Below, one piece after another: positions 30,452 to 40,295 of a DNA stretch of 64,000 nt. The translations under genes were made by a program, and so were the position numbers. Position 1 is the first letter of the stretch, and each line of letters begins with the position of its first letter. Source of the DNA: a virus; the IMG/VR virus record IMGVR_UViG_3300009545_000002, positions 1 to 64,000 of that record. One strand, given 5' to 3'. The notes under the pieces are model-generated. The model was not told the origin of the DNA, did not search any database, and was given only the letters and a program-made list of their open reading frames with translations.

Positions 30452-32170
30452 ATGCTTCGATTCATTCTGGCGATGCTGCTGTGCCTCGCTGGAGGAGGCG
30501 CGCACGCCACGCACCTGCAGAACGCCTCCTCCGGCCTGTGCGCGAAAGTGGATCTCACGCAGGCGACGTGCGCGGCATCGAGCACGCAGGACGCCGCCTT
30601 CGACCCGATGTCCGGGGGCAAGTACCGCATCCGCTTCGGCGCGGCGTTGTGCCTGTCGGCGAGCGCAGGCACGGTCGGCTCGAGCCTGAGCCTGGTGACC
30701 TGCTCGAGCTCCACGAGCCAGCTGTGGACCGTCTACAAGCGCGCCAGCAACAGCCCGTGGCGCCAGTATCAAAACGACCTCGGCAACTGCCTCGGCGTCG
30801 GCAACAGTTCCGACGCGGCGGGCGCCGCGCTGAAGATCGTCAAATGCAACTCGCACTCGGCGAGCTGGACCACCAAGCTCGAATACGTCTACTCGCAGAC
30901 ATCCGCGTCGACGACGCCGATCTTCGTGATCAGCGGCGGCGTGATGGGAGCGAAGGCCTCCGGCTCGGCCGCCGTCGACGCCGAATGCGACTGCTCCACG
31001 TTCTCGAGCGGCGCCTATTGCGCGCTCGCCGCCACCCCGACGCGCGCGGCGCTGTGCCGGCCGTTCAACGCCCGCGTCAGCGCGAGCAACGAGCCGCTGA
31101 CGCACACGACGCGCGCCGCGCCGAGCATCCCGACGCCCGAGACCATGGCGGCGTTGTCACTGACCCCCTCGGGGCGGATCGACGTCACGAGCGGCACGCC
31201 AGGCTCGCCGCACATCTACGAGAACTTCGCGTTCATCGGCCCGGCCAACGGCTCGCCGTGCGTCTACGTGCCGACCGGCGCGCACGACATCATCATCCGC
31301 AACAACTGGTTCATTCGCTGCACGGTGGCATCGCCGACGGATACCGACCTTGGGGTGCGGGACTTCGGCATTCTGATCGCCGCCGCGGCGGACGGCATCG
31401 TGATCACCGGCAACGTGTTCGAGAACACGTCGGTGCCGATCTACTCGACGGGATCCCAAGGGATCTCGGTCGACCACAACTTCTTCGCCAACTCGCTCGG
31501 CCCGACCTGGGGCGGCAGCGGCGTCCAGCTCGCCAACATCACCCCCGGGACCAACCCGTCGCGCATCACCTGCAACATCTTCGACGGGCGCTGGCCCGGC
31601 GCGACGCAGGTGCGGTCGACGTTCAACCTCGATCACATCAACATCAGCGGGCCCAGCCATGGCACGTCGAGCGTGCCGATCGATTTTTCGTTCAATCGAA
31701 TCCTCGGCGCGAGGACGGGCGGAGACGACAGCGGCACTGGGATGCAGCTCTGCGATTCCAGCAACAACACCTGCGGCTATTTCAACGTCCACGACAACAC
31801 GGTCGTCTACACGGAAGGCCACGGCATCAGCGTTTCGGGTGGCCATGACCATTCGATCACCAACAATCGGGTCGACAACCGCGGCGAGAACACGCTCACC
31901 AATACCGGGCCGTCATTCACTTGGCGCAACTACTATTCGAGCGGCGGCGGCATTTGCACCAACATCACGGTGACGGGCAACACGGGCTCCTACATCCAGT
32001 GGTACTTCAGCGGTGCCAACGAGGGCGTGCTCAACCCCCTTGGCAACAGCGCCGAGGAGGGCTCCGGCAGCAACGTCTGCACCGGCGTGACTCAGAGCGG
32101 CAACACGTTCAACAGCACAGCACTGACAGGCATCGATATGTTCGACGAAGAGTATCCGGACTGCGACTGA
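30452..32170 (+). CDS. Signal-peptide protein with ricin-B lectin-like and right-handed beta-helix domains
   Basis: MLRFILAMLLCLAGGGAHA signal; CL...C...QLW lectin repeats; Asn-ladder repeats IRNNWF, ITGNVF, VDHNFF, VHDNTV, ITNNRV. Confidence 0.7.
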   Translation: MLRFILAMLLCLAGGGAHATHLQNASSGLCAKVDLTQATCAASSTQDAAFDPMSGGKYRIRFGAALCLSASAGTVGSSLSLVTCSSSTSQLWTVYKRASNSPWRQYQNDLGNCLGVGNSSDAAGAALKIVKCNSHSASWTTKLEYVYSQTSASTTPIFVISGGVMGAKASGSAAVDAECDCSTFSSGAYCALAATPTRAALCRPFNARVSASNEPLTHTTRAAPSIPTPETMAALSLTPSGRIDVTSGTPGSPHIYENFAFIGPANGSPCVYVPTGAHDIIIRNNWFIRCTVASPTDTDLGVRDFGILIAAAADGIVITGNVFENTSVPIYSTGSQGISVDHNFFANSLGPTWGGSGVQLANITPGTNPSRITCNIFDGRWPGATQVRSTFNLDHINISGPSHGTSSVPIDFSFNRILGARTGGDDSGTGMQLCDSSNNTCGYFNVHDNTVVYTEGHGISVSGGHDHSITNNRVDNRGENTLTNTGPSFTWRNYYSSGGGICTNITVTGNTGSYIQWYFSGANEGVLNPLGNSAEEGSGSNVCTGVTQSGNTFNSTALTGIDMFDEEYPDCD

Positions 32171-32179
32171 GTCTCTCCC

Positions 32180-32749
32180 ATGCCAACCTATCTTCCCCCA
32201 CGCGTCGGCATCTCGCTCAGCGAGGCGCTGGCGGAGACCTACGCGCTCTCGAACGTCGACGAGCCGGTGCTGGTGACGCTCGAGATCCATCACCCGGACT
32301 TCCGGCTGCCGAGCGGTGCGCCGACGGCCGCGCGCGTCGTCAACGACTGGCAGAACCTGACGGCGACGCTCGAGGCCGGCGCGCCGCTCAACGCCGGCGA
32401 AGCGGTGCTGTTCACGGCCTGCCCGTTCACCTACACGAAGCCAGAGCAGACCGACAGCGGGGCGCCGGCGTCCGTCTCCATCGTCATCGACAACGTCTCG
32501 CGGCAGCTGACCATGCTGCTCGACCAGGCGGCCGAATCGATGATTCCGGTGCTCGTCATCGAGCGCATCTACCTGCCGAGCGACACCAGCGCGCCGCACG
32601 AGATGCCGCCCACCAGCATGTACCTCTCCGCGCCGCAGATCACCCCGACCACCGTCACGCTGACGGCCAGCTTCGGCAACCTGACGAACCGGCGTTTTCC
32701 CGGTGCCCGCTACAAGCGCAAGCAGTACGCCGCGCTGAGCAGTCGATGA
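32180..32749 (+). CDS. DUF1833 minor tail protein
   Basis: LVTLEIHHP...RVVND...FTACPF...IDNVSR...RIYLPSDTSAP...NRRFP. Confidence 0.85.
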   Translation: MPTYLPPRVGISLSEALAETYALSNVDEPVLVTLEIHHPDFRLPSGAPTAARVVNDWQNLTATLEAGAPLNAGEAVLFTACPFTYTKPEQTDSGAPASVSIVIDNVSRQLTMLLDQAAESMIPVLVIERIYLPSDTSAPHEMPPTSMYLSAPQITPTTVTLTASFGNLTNRRFPGARYKRKQYAALSSR

Positions 32750-33159
32750 TGGACCAGCCGCAAAAGCACTGGGCTGCGCGCTACATCGGGCTGCCGTGGG
32801 TGCTCGATGCGCAGGGCCCGGACGCCTACGACTGCTGGGCCCTGGTGCGTGCGGTGCAGCGCGATCATTTCGGGCGCACGCTGGCGCCGCTGGATGCCGG
32901 CATCGAGGCCGTCACGGCCGGCTGGCGGCTGCTCCTGAGCCTCGACAGCGGCGGCACCGAGGGCGACATCGTCGAGATGCGCAGTGCCCGCGGCCCGCAC
33001 GTCGGCGTGCTCGTCTTCGCGGATGGCCGCTGGGGTGTGCTGCACGCGGTCGGCTTCCGGGATGGTGACGGCGTGGACCATGGCGACGTGACGTTCACGC
33101 CGTTCCCCGACTTGATCGCCTTCGGCCTCGGGCGGGTTCGCATCTGGACACCGCAATGA
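32746..33159 (+). CDS. NlpC/P60 tail assembly protein (gpK-like)
   Basis: YIGLPW...GPDAYDCWALVR...HVGV...LHA. Confidence 0.85.
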   Translation: MMDQPQKHWAARYIGLPWVLDAQGPDAYDCWALVRAVQRDHFGRTLAPLDAGIEAVTAGWRLLLSLDSGGTEGDIVEMRSARGPHVGVLVFADGRWGVLHAVGFRDGDGVDHGDVTFTPFPDLIAFGLGRVRIWTPQ

Positions 33160-36038
33160 ACAGCATCGCAGACGCCCCGCAACAGATCCTGCTCGCGCAG
33201 CGGCCGCCGGTGTACGCCGTGGCCGACGGCATCGAGGTGCATCCGGGCATGTTCCAGCGCGTGCCGGACGGCGCGTCGATCGCGGACCTCTGCCCGCCGG
33301 GCGTCTGGCTCTGCCACGCCAGCGGCGAATGGATCAGCCGCAACGACTGGTGGCAGCCGCCGCGAGGTGGCGATGTCATCGTCTTCTGCCGCGCGCCGAC
33401 CGGCAAGGACGGGATCCGCGTGCTGCTGACGATCGCGGTGATCGTCGCCTCGATCTGGACCGGCGGCGCTGTCGGCGCGGCCTATGGCTCGGCCGCCTAT
33501 GGCGCCGCCGCCGGCGCCGCGGTGTCGATCGTCGGCTCGGCGCTCGTCAACGCCCTGGTGCCGCTCGATGTCGGCAACCTGCAATCCAGCACCGACACCT
33601 CGCCCACGTACAGCGTCACCCTGCAGGGCAACCAGGCGCGCCTCGAGCAGGTCCAGCCGGTGCTCTACGGCTATAACAAGACCTACCCCGACTACGGGTG
33701 CCAGCCCTATTACCGCTTCGACAACCCTTCCTTCGATCAGTATCTCTTCGCCTGCCTCCAGGTCGGTCTCGGGCAGTACCAGGTTCTGCGCGTTTCGATC
33801 GACGACACGCCGCTCCAGAACTTCGAAGACATCGACTTCAAGATCGTCGGACCCGGACAGGCCATCACGTCGCTTGCCGACCAGACGCTGGTCGAAACGA
33901 ACATCATCAGCGCCACCGAGGTCAGCGGGCAGACGATGGTCTACAACGTCTGGGTCGGCCCGTTCGTGGCGACCTCGCCGCAGCAGACGGTCACGGTGAT
34001 CGAGATTGACATCGTCTTTCCCTACGGCTTGCAGGGCCCGACGCCGAACTACGCCGTGTCCTGGCAGGTCCACGCGCGGGCCGTGAACGACTTCGAGCAG
34101 GCCGTGGGCGTGTGGTTCTCGCTCGGCAACGAGACATACGCTGAAGCCAGCGCGAAGCCGATCCGCCTGACCTACCGCTATGCCGTCCCGGCGGCGCGCT
34201 ATCAGGTGCGCGTGCGCCGCACCTCGACGCGCACCACCAACCCGGCGGAGCCGCACGACATCGCCTGGGCCGGTCTGCGCTGCACCCTCTCGCGGGCCGG
34301 CGTGGTGAACACCGACGCGACCTTCGTGGTTGTCAAGATGCGCGCCTCGGAGCAGCTCAACGGCCTGAGCGCGCGGCGCATCAGCGTGCTCAGCCAGCGC
34401 ATGCTCCCGGTGTGGAACGGCAGCAGCTGGTCCGCGCCAGTTGCGACGCGCAGCATCGCGTGGGCCATGGCCGACGTGCTGCGCAACACGGTCTATGGGC
34501 GCGGCCTGAGCGACGCGCAGATCGACCTGCCCGCGTTGCTCGCGCTGGATGCGGTGTGGAGCGCGCGTCAAGACCATTTCGACTTCGTCTTCGACAGCGA
34601 CAACGACACCTGGTCCGCCTTGGCCATCGTGCTGCGCGCCGGCCGGGCCGTGCCGTTGATCCGCGGCAGTCGATACACCGCGGTGCGCGATGCCTTGCAG
34701 ACCCTGCCGGTGGCCGGCTACACGATGCGCAACATCACGCAGGGGACCTTCACCCTGAGCTACACGATGCCGGAACCGGACGAGGTCGACTGCATCCGCC
34801 TCGAGTACCAGGATTTCCGGGTGTGGGACTCGGCGCAGGCGGTAGCGCAGGTCGTCGGTGGATCGATCATCGGCTACGCGATCAACTTCGACGGCGACAC
34901 GCCAGCCGGCGTCCCGGAGCCGGCGAACCCGGTGACGATCAAGATGCCCGGCATTCGCGGCGTCAGCCAGGCGCTCCGCGAGGCCGCCTACCGCCTGGCC
35001 GACCTGCGCTATCGCCGGCGGGTCGCCACGTTCACGTGCGAGATGGACGGACGCCTACCGGCCTTCGGCTCGCTGGTCAGCGTGGCGCACGACGTGCCCG
35101 ACTGGGGCCAGAGCGGGGATCTGGTCGACTGGGACACGGACACGCTCACGGCGTACACCTCCGAACCGCTCGACTGGTCCGGCTCCGCGCCGTTCTTCAT
35201 CCGCCTGCAGACACTCACCGGCGGCCTCACGGCGGCGATCACGGTCTCGCCGCTGTCCGGCGATGCGAGCGGCTGCGTGCTCGCTTCCAATCCTGGCTTC
35301 ACGCCGTTGACGACCGACCCGTCGCGCGAGCGCACGCGCTACCTGTTCGGCCCGAGCTCGAAGTACGGGGCTGACTGCCGCGTGAAGGCGATCAAGCCGA
35401 CCGGCCCGAGCGACAACACGCTGACCGTGGTGCTCGAGGACAACCGCGTGCATGCGGCCGACGCGCCCTGGCTGCCGGGCTCCGGCGTGCAGGATCCGAT
35501 CAACGACGGCAGCGTCAGCCCGGACACCGACGCTGGCGATACCGGCGCCATGGTGGCGCTGTCGCTCTACAGCCTGGCGGCCGTCGGCGAGACCGACATC
35601 CCGACGCCGCCGCGCGTCACGTACACGCTGCGCTCCGACGGCGTCGTCGAGGTCAGTTCCTTCGGCGGCCACGGCACCTTGTCGGACGCCACCCTGACCG
35701 CGCAATGGCTCAACCCGCAGCCGATCGCGCCGGCGATCGCCGGGACGTACCAGGCGCGCGCCACCGCGCTCACGGTCATCGGCCCGGCACCGGAGGGCGC
35801 GCTCAACACGTGGCAGCCGCTCAGCACGAGCCGCACCTGGGCCATCGAGGGCTACACCGAGACCATCAGCGGCGGCGGCGACAGCGGCTTCACGACCCTG
35901 TACTCCCAGCACATCGTCATCCTGTTGATCGAGATCCGCGACACCGCCGGCGTGGTGCAGGGCTCGGCGCGCATCTCGATGGTCGTGCAGCCTGCCGAGG
36001 GCGGCGGCGGCGAGGGCGACGGCGGCGGCGGTTTTTGA
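33156..36038 (+). CDS. Central tail tip / host specificity protein (gpI+gpJ, TipJ-like)
   Basis: GNQARLEQVQPVLYG...YPD, YQVRVRR, ATRSIAWAMAD, FDFVFD. Confidence 0.88.
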   Translation: MNSIADAPQQILLAQRPPVYAVADGIEVHPGMFQRVPDGASIADLCPPGVWLCHASGEWISRNDWWQPPRGGDVIVFCRAPTGKDGIRVLLTIAVIVASIWTGGAVGAAYGSAAYGAAAGAAVSIVGSALVNALVPLDVGNLQSSTDTSPTYSVTLQGNQARLEQVQPVLYGYNKTYPDYGCQPYYRFDNPSFDQYLFACLQVGLGQYQVLRVSIDDTPLQNFEDIDFKIVGPGQAITSLADQTLVETNIISATEVSGQTMVYNVWVGPFVATSPQQTVTVIEIDIVFPYGLQGPTPNYAVSWQVHARAVNDFEQAVGVWFSLGNETYAEASAKPIRLTYRYAVPAARYQVRVRRTSTRTTNPAEPHDIAWAGLRCTLSRAGVVNTDATFVVVKMRASEQLNGLSARRISVLSQRMLPVWNGSSWSAPVATRSIAWAMADVLRNTVYGRGLSDAQIDLPALLALDAVWSARQDHFDFVFDSDNDTWSALAIVLRAGRAVPLIRGSRYTAVRDALQTLPVAGYTMRNITQGTFTLSYTMPEPDEVDCIRLEYQDFRVWDSAQAVAQVVGGSIIGYAINFDGDTPAGVPEPANPVTIKMPGIRGVSQALREAAYRLADLRYRRRVATFTCEMDGRLPAFGSLVSVAHDVPDWGQSGDLVDWDTDTLTAYTSEPLDWSGSAPFFIRLQTLTGGLTAAITVSPLSGDASGCVLASNPGFTPLTTDPSRERTRYLFGPSSKYGADCRVKAIKPTGPSDNTLTVVLEDNRVHAADAPWLPGSGVQDPINDGSVSPDTDAGDTGAMVALSLYSLAAVGETDIPTPPRVTYTLRSDGVVEVSSFGGHGTLSDATLTAQWLNPQPIAPAIAGTYQARATALTVIGPAPEGALNTWQPLSTSRTWAIEGYTETISGGGDSGFTTLYSQHIVILLIEIRDTAGVVQGSARISMVVQPAEGGGGEGDGGGGF

Positions 36039-36065
36039 CATCCACGAACGAGCGAGAGAGCAACC

Positions 36066-36524
36066 ATGTCTGACCTGACCAACTACGCGGAAAACAAGCT
36101 CATCGATCTGCTGATGCGCGCCGTAGACCCCGGCTTGCCCTCGAGCTGGTACATCGGTCTGCTGACCGCGATCACCGACGCCGAGGTCGGCACCGTGACC
36201 GAAGTCTCGGGCGGGTCCTATGCGCGCGTGGCGACTGTGCGAAGTCTTACCAGCTGGTGCGGCACGCAGGCTGCCGGCAGCACGACGAGCAGCAACGGCA
36301 CCAGCGGCGTCTCCAGCAACAACGCCGCGCTGACCTTCCCGGCGCCGACGGCCGACTGGGGAACCATCGTCGGCGTCGGCCTCTATTCGGCTTCCACTGG
36401 CGGCACGCCGTGGGCAGTGCACGTGCTCGTCAATTCGGTCGGCGCCACCATCACGCGCGCGGTGCTGAGCGGCGATGCCGCACCGTTCTTCGACGTGGCG
36501 GCGCTGCGCTTCGCGCTCGATTGA
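36066..36524 (+). CDS. Small tail protein
   Basis: MSDLTNYAENKLID...EVSGGSYARV...FPAPTADWGTI. Confidence 0.75.
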   Translation: MSDLTNYAENKLIDLLMRAVDPGLPSSWYIGLLTAITDAEVGTVTEVSGGSYARVATVRSLTSWCGTQAAGSTTSSNGTSGVSSNNAALTFPAPTADWGTIVGVGLYSASTGGTPWAVHVLVNSVGATITRAVLSGDAAPFFDVAALRFALD

Positions 36525-36722
36525 CCGTGTGCTTTTGCCGTGATCAAGGTCACTGCCGGGGCAGAAACCTTCGAGCCGACTTGACCCAGATCAAGAAAGC
36601 GCCCTCTCGTGCTTAAGCACGCAAGCGCCAGGTCGATTGAACCGGTGCGCCATGTGGCGTTCTTATGTTGACGCCTCATGTCGAGTTCTACCGTAGCCGT
36701 CTTGCCTAGCCGCTTTTCCCCG

Positions 36723-37136
36723 ATGCTGGATACCCTCACCCAACAGATTGCAGGCATTGCCGGCGCAGTCACTGCCGCTGTCGGCGGGTTGGCGGTGATG
36801 CGGCGCCGGCTGAGCAGGGATCGAACCGAGATGACCAAGGACCGTGTCGAAAGCGACTTCTTCAAAGTGCTGCTCAAGGAGCGGGACGAGGCCTTGGCCC
36901 AGGCGCGCGAGGCCTGGTTGGCGCGCCGCGTCGATGCGGAGTCGATCGCGAAGCTGACCGCTCAAAACTCCTACCAGCAGGCCGAAATCGAGCGGCTCAA
37001 GCACGACTTCGCGGCGTTCAAGAGGTTGATCGTCCGGCTGTCTCCCTCGCTGCGCCCGTTCATGGAAAGTGAATTCGGCATCCCGACCGACCTCAAGCCG
37101 GAGGTGCCCGCGGAGCTCCACACCGAACGAAAGTAG
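36723..37136 (+). CDS. Membrane-anchored coiled-coil lysis-module protein (holin/antiholin-like)
   Basis: One N-terminal TM helix then a coiled coil; directly upstream of the endolysin. Confidence 0.5.
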   Translation: MLDTLTQQIAGIAGAVTAAVGGLAVMRRRLSRDRTEMTKDRVESDFFKVLLKERDEALAQAREAWLARRVDAESIAKLTAQNSYQQAEIERLKHDFAAFKRLIVRLSPSLRPFMESEFGIPTDLKPEVPAELHTERK

Positions 37137-37142
37137 TCCACC

Positions 37143-37637
37143 ATGAGCCCGAACCTGCGCGCCTTCCTCGACATGATTGCCCACTCCGAGCTGGGCGCGG
37201 AGATCCTGGCCCAGAGCGACAACGGCTACAACGTGCTCGTGGGCTCGACGCCTGGCCATGTGCTCACGTTCTCGAGCTACGCGGATCACCCGCGCCGGCG
37301 CATGTCGGTGACGATCAAGGCGCGGGACGGGGCGACTGCGATCATCGAGTCGACCGCGGCCGGGCGCTATCAGATCCTGCAAAGGTACTTCGACGCCTAC
37401 CGCATGAACCTCGGCTTGCCAGATTTCGGGCCTGGCTCGCAGGATCGGATCGCGGTGCAGATGATCCGCGAGTGCCGCGCGATCGCGAACATCGAGGCCG
37501 GCCAGTTCGAGACCGCCGTGCGGCAGTGCAGCAGCCGTTGGGCCTCGCTGCCCGGCGCTCCCTATGGCCAGCACGTGAACCCGCTTGCGCCGCTGCAGGC
37601 AGCCTACGTGGCGGCGGGCGGCACCGTCGTCGCTTGA
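37143..37637 (+). CDS. Endolysin, lambda-R-type transglycosylase
   Basis: AFLDMIAHSE, STAAGRYQIL, FGPGSQDRIA, WASLPGAPYGQ. Confidence 0.93.
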   Translation: MSPNLRAFLDMIAHSELGAEILAQSDNGYNVLVGSTPGHVLTFSSYADHPRRRMSVTIKARDGATAIIESTAAGRYQILQRYFDAYRMNLGLPDFGPGSQDRIAVQMIRECRAIANIEAGQFETAVRQCSSRWASLPGAPYGQHVNPLAPLQAAYVAAGGTVVA

Positions 37638-37648
37638 GGACTCCGACC

Positions 37649-38251
37649 ATGAGCTTCGACCTGTCGACCGCGATTTCGAGCATCGCGCCCACGCTCGCCA
37701 CGATGCTCGCCGGGCCGCTGGCCGGCACCGCCGTCACGGCATTGGAAGGCTGTTTCGGTCTCTCAGCTGGATCCGGTGTCCCTGGCATCACCGCGGCGAT
37801 TCAGGCCGGGCAGATGACGCCCGAGATCGTCGCGGCGATGCGCGCGGCCGACCAGCACCACGCCGAGGCGATGGGCCAGCAAGGGATCGACCTGGTGCGC
37901 CTGAATGCGGACCACGACGCGGCGATGGAGACGAGCGCGGTGGCCGACCGCGACAGCGCGCGCAAGCTGCAGATCGCCAAGCCCTCGCCCTGGCCGGGCC
38001 TCCTGACGGCCTTGCTCACGGTGGCGGTGATCGGCGTCATTGCGGCGCGCATGACCGGGATGTCCCTGCCGAGCGATCCGGTCACCGTGCAGCTGATCGG
38101 GTCCTTGACGACCGGCTGGGGTCTGAGCCTTGCCTACTGGTTCGGCACCACGCGCGGCAGCCAGGAAACGCGCAACCTGCTCGCGCAGTCGGCCCCGACC
38201 GGCGTTGCGGCGGTGTCTATCTCATCGACCACCGGCGGCACGGCCCCGTAG
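37649..38251 (+). CDS. Holin (3TM, GTA-holin-like)
   Basis: IAPTLAT.L.GPLAG, DRDSARK, two TM helices, YWFGTT. Confidence 0.75.
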   Translation: MSFDLSTAISSIAPTLATMLAGPLAGTAVTALEGCFGLSAGSGVPGITAAIQAGQMTPEIVAAMRAADQHHAEAMGQQGIDLVRLNADHDAAMETSAVADRDSARKLQIAKPSPWPGLLTALLTVAVIGVIAARMTGMSLPSDPVTVQLIGSLTTGWGLSLAYWFGTTRGSQETRNLLAQSAPTGVAAVSISSTTGGTAP

Positions 38252-38317
38252 GCTTGCCAGGATCACGCAGGAGGCGCGATCGGCTGGCGGGTGAGGGGTC
38301 GTGAGAGAATCGCGCCG

Positions 38318-38581
38318 TCATCGGATTGGTGTAGTCGGTAGCACGCCCGGTCCCGCAGTCGGAAAACCCGCTGCGCCGCTCGGTAGGGGAACGTTCAATT
38401 CGGTCACCGGTGACGCTTTGCGCGCGTTGACGGCCTGGAGCTCGAGCCAGCAGGCCGGGCAACGCCAGCGCCGCGAGATGTCAAGGTGGCTCCATCCCTT
38501 GGCTATCGCGGCGTCCTCGTCGGGCACCATGCGCTTGCAGCCGGCGGCGCAGGAGATCGGGTCGGGATCGCTCTGACTCAT
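38318..38581 (-). CDS. Hypothetical Zn-binding protein
   Basis: CAAGC and CPAC motifs; SD AAAGGA. Confidence 0.5.
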   Translation of the reverse strand: MSQSDPDPISCAAGCKRMVPDEDAAIAKGWSHLDISRRWRCPACWLELQAVNARKASPVTELNVPLPSGAAGFPTAGPGVLPTTPIR

Positions 38582-38598
38582 GGGTCAGTCCTTTGGGG

Positions 38599-38675
38599 TG
38601 GTTGCGGCGGATGGATTTGAACCACCGACCTCCGGGTTATGAGCCCGGCGCGCTGCCGGACTGCGCTACGCCACG
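38599..38675 (-). tRNA. Initiator tRNA-fMet (CAT)
   Basis: 77-nt cloverleaf with C1:A72 mismatch, three G-C pairs closing the anticodon stem, loop CTCATAA, GGTTCAAATCC T-arm and encoded CCA. Confidence 0.93.
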
Positions 38676-38682
38676 GGGCGGA

Positions 38683-38711
38683 AGTATAGGGATCAGCGCT
38701 TCGGTGGTCTA
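38683..38711 (-). promoter_or_regulatory. Sigma70 promoter for the tRNA
   Basis: TAGACC-N17-TATACT followed by a GC-rich discriminator. Confidence 0.65.
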
Positions 38712-38868
38712 TGCAGATCGCGCGCAAGGACGGCGGCGACTTTCAGCCAAAAATCCCGGTGTTCTCCCGGGTCGTGAGCCATGGCATGCCGCCTGCACAT
38801 GGTGAGGGCCTGGTAGCCGAAGCGCAGGCGCCAGGACACCGCGGCCTCTTCGGCGGTGCGGCCCTTCT

Positions 38869-39114
38869 TCATTGCCGAAACAGCTGCCCGAGCTGCTCTT
38901 CGATGCTCTGTTGGATGTTCTGAATCGTCGCCCATTTGCCGGCAGGGAACCATTCAGGGCGGTCCGGTGCGCGCTTCGCAGCCTCGACGATCAGCAGGGC
39001 GGTCGATACCTCGACGTAGGTTTGCACCAGCTCATCAGCATCATCAGCCGCGCGCATCATGTCGCGCAGCCCGTCGAGCGTGCGCGAGTGGCTGCTGAGC
39101 AAGACCGAGTCCAT
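38869..39114 (-). CDS. Hypothetical protein
   Basis: MDSVLL...; coupled to the upstream stop. Confidence 0.5.
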   Translation of the reverse strand: MDSVLLSSHSRTLDGLRDMMRAADDADELVQTYVEVSTALLIVEAAKRAPDRPEWFPAGKWATIQNIQQSIEEQLGQLFRQ

Positions 39115-39383
39115 CAAGCCCCCTCTTTGCGTATCGCCTGGACGGCGGCCATGCGGTATCGGATGAGCTGCATGCGGGCCTCCGCGGGCAGCGCGATGTA
39201 CTCGTCGCCGCGCAACTCTCGCAGCGTCATGTCGTCGTTGAAGACGCACATCGTCGCGCAGAAGAGGCAGACCGCGATGTCGCCTGGGCCCGGCTTCTTT
39301 TGATCTTCGCTCGAGGCGTTGTCGGCGTGCTTGCCGCATGAAGGGCAGTGCGCCGCTTCGTTCGTGCCGAAGGTGTTCAGCAT
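39114..39383 (-). CDS. Hypothetical Zn-ribbon protein
   Basis: CPSCG...PGPGDIAVCLFC. Confidence 0.6.
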   Translation of the reverse strand: MLNTFGTNEAAHCPSCGKHADNASSEDQKKPGPGDIAVCLFCATMCVFNDDMTLRELRGDEYIALPAEARMQLIRYRMAAVQAIRKEGA

Positions 39384-40072
39384 GCCTGGGCCTCGGGCCA
39401 GATCTGCGCATCGAGCAGGGCTGTGGAGATAGCGCGCAGCCGGTCTAGCTCGCGCATCGCTGCATCGCCGCCCTCCTTGCGGTCTTGCTGCTCGCACTGC
39501 TCGACCAGGATATGCACGCCGCTCGCAATCGACTCGTCAACCTCGGCGCGCGTGGCCGGCCGGCCTTCCGCATACCACTCGATTGACTCCGGCGGCCCGA
39601 AGCGGAAAAGCAGGCCTTCATTGCCTGGCTCGCCGCCGCGGCCGGCGCGGAACGCCTTGAAGGTCTTCGTCGTCCAGATCGCGATGCACCCCGGGTTGCG
39701 CAGGATCGGGAAGCCGGCTTGATCGACTGCACCGGCTACCTCGCGGCGCTTCGCGTGCGGCCTGGTGATGAAGGGGCAGGCGGTGCAGGCGTAGCGGGCG
39801 CATTCGAGGTGCGAGGGCGGCTCGGAGATCGTGCCGGTGATGCTGCACATCGGGCCTATCACGAACGACTTGAACACGCCGAGCACGCCGCCGCACTGCC
39901 AGCACAAGCTGTGCTTCAGGGCAAGCGGAATCTTTTTGGCGTCCATCACGCGGTGATCCGGCTTGCCGTCGATCCAGTCGACAAAGAACGGCACCGGAAA
40001 GCCGCGCTCGTCGATGTAGAGGCGCGACATCTTCGACGGCAGCGGCGGCAGGCCTGGGCGTAGCTTGTTCAT
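39377..40072 (-). CDS. Hypothetical Cys/His-rich phage protein
   Basis: RGFPVPFFV...CWQCG...EPPSHLECARYA...CPF. Confidence 0.7.
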   Translation of the reverse strand: MNKLRPGLPPLPSKMSRLYIDERGFPVPFFVDWIDGKPDHRVMDAKKIPLALKHSLCWQCGGVLGVFKSFVIGPMCSITGTISEPPSHLECARYACTACPFITRPHAKRREVAGAVDQAGFPILRNPGCIAIWTTKTFKAFRAGRGGEPGNEGLLFRFGPPESIEWYAEGRPATRAEVDESIASGVHILVEQCEQQDRKEGGDAAMRELDRLRAISTALLDAQIWPEAQAC

Positions 40073-40278
40073 TTCGTGCTCCTGCCGGTCATCGCGGCTT
40101 CAGTGTTGGCGGCCTTGCACACGCCGCCGAGGGCCGCCGTGTTGTCGGTCGTGACCTTCAGGAACAGGCTTTCCGCGGTCGGGCCCTTGATGATCTCGAA
40201 CGCATACCCGGACTGTTTCAGGTGGCGCTCGAAGATCGACAACTTCCACGAGTCGATGGCAATAACTCCGGATGACAT
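40069..40278 (-). CDS. Hypothetical protein
   Basis: MSSGVIAIDSWKL...; SD GAAAGGA. Confidence 0.55.
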   Translation of the reverse strand: MSSGVIAIDSWKLSIFERHLKQSGYAFEIIKGPTAESLFLKVTTDNTAALGGVCKAANTEAAMTGRSTK

Positions 40279-40295
40279 GGCGGTCCTTTCAGTGG

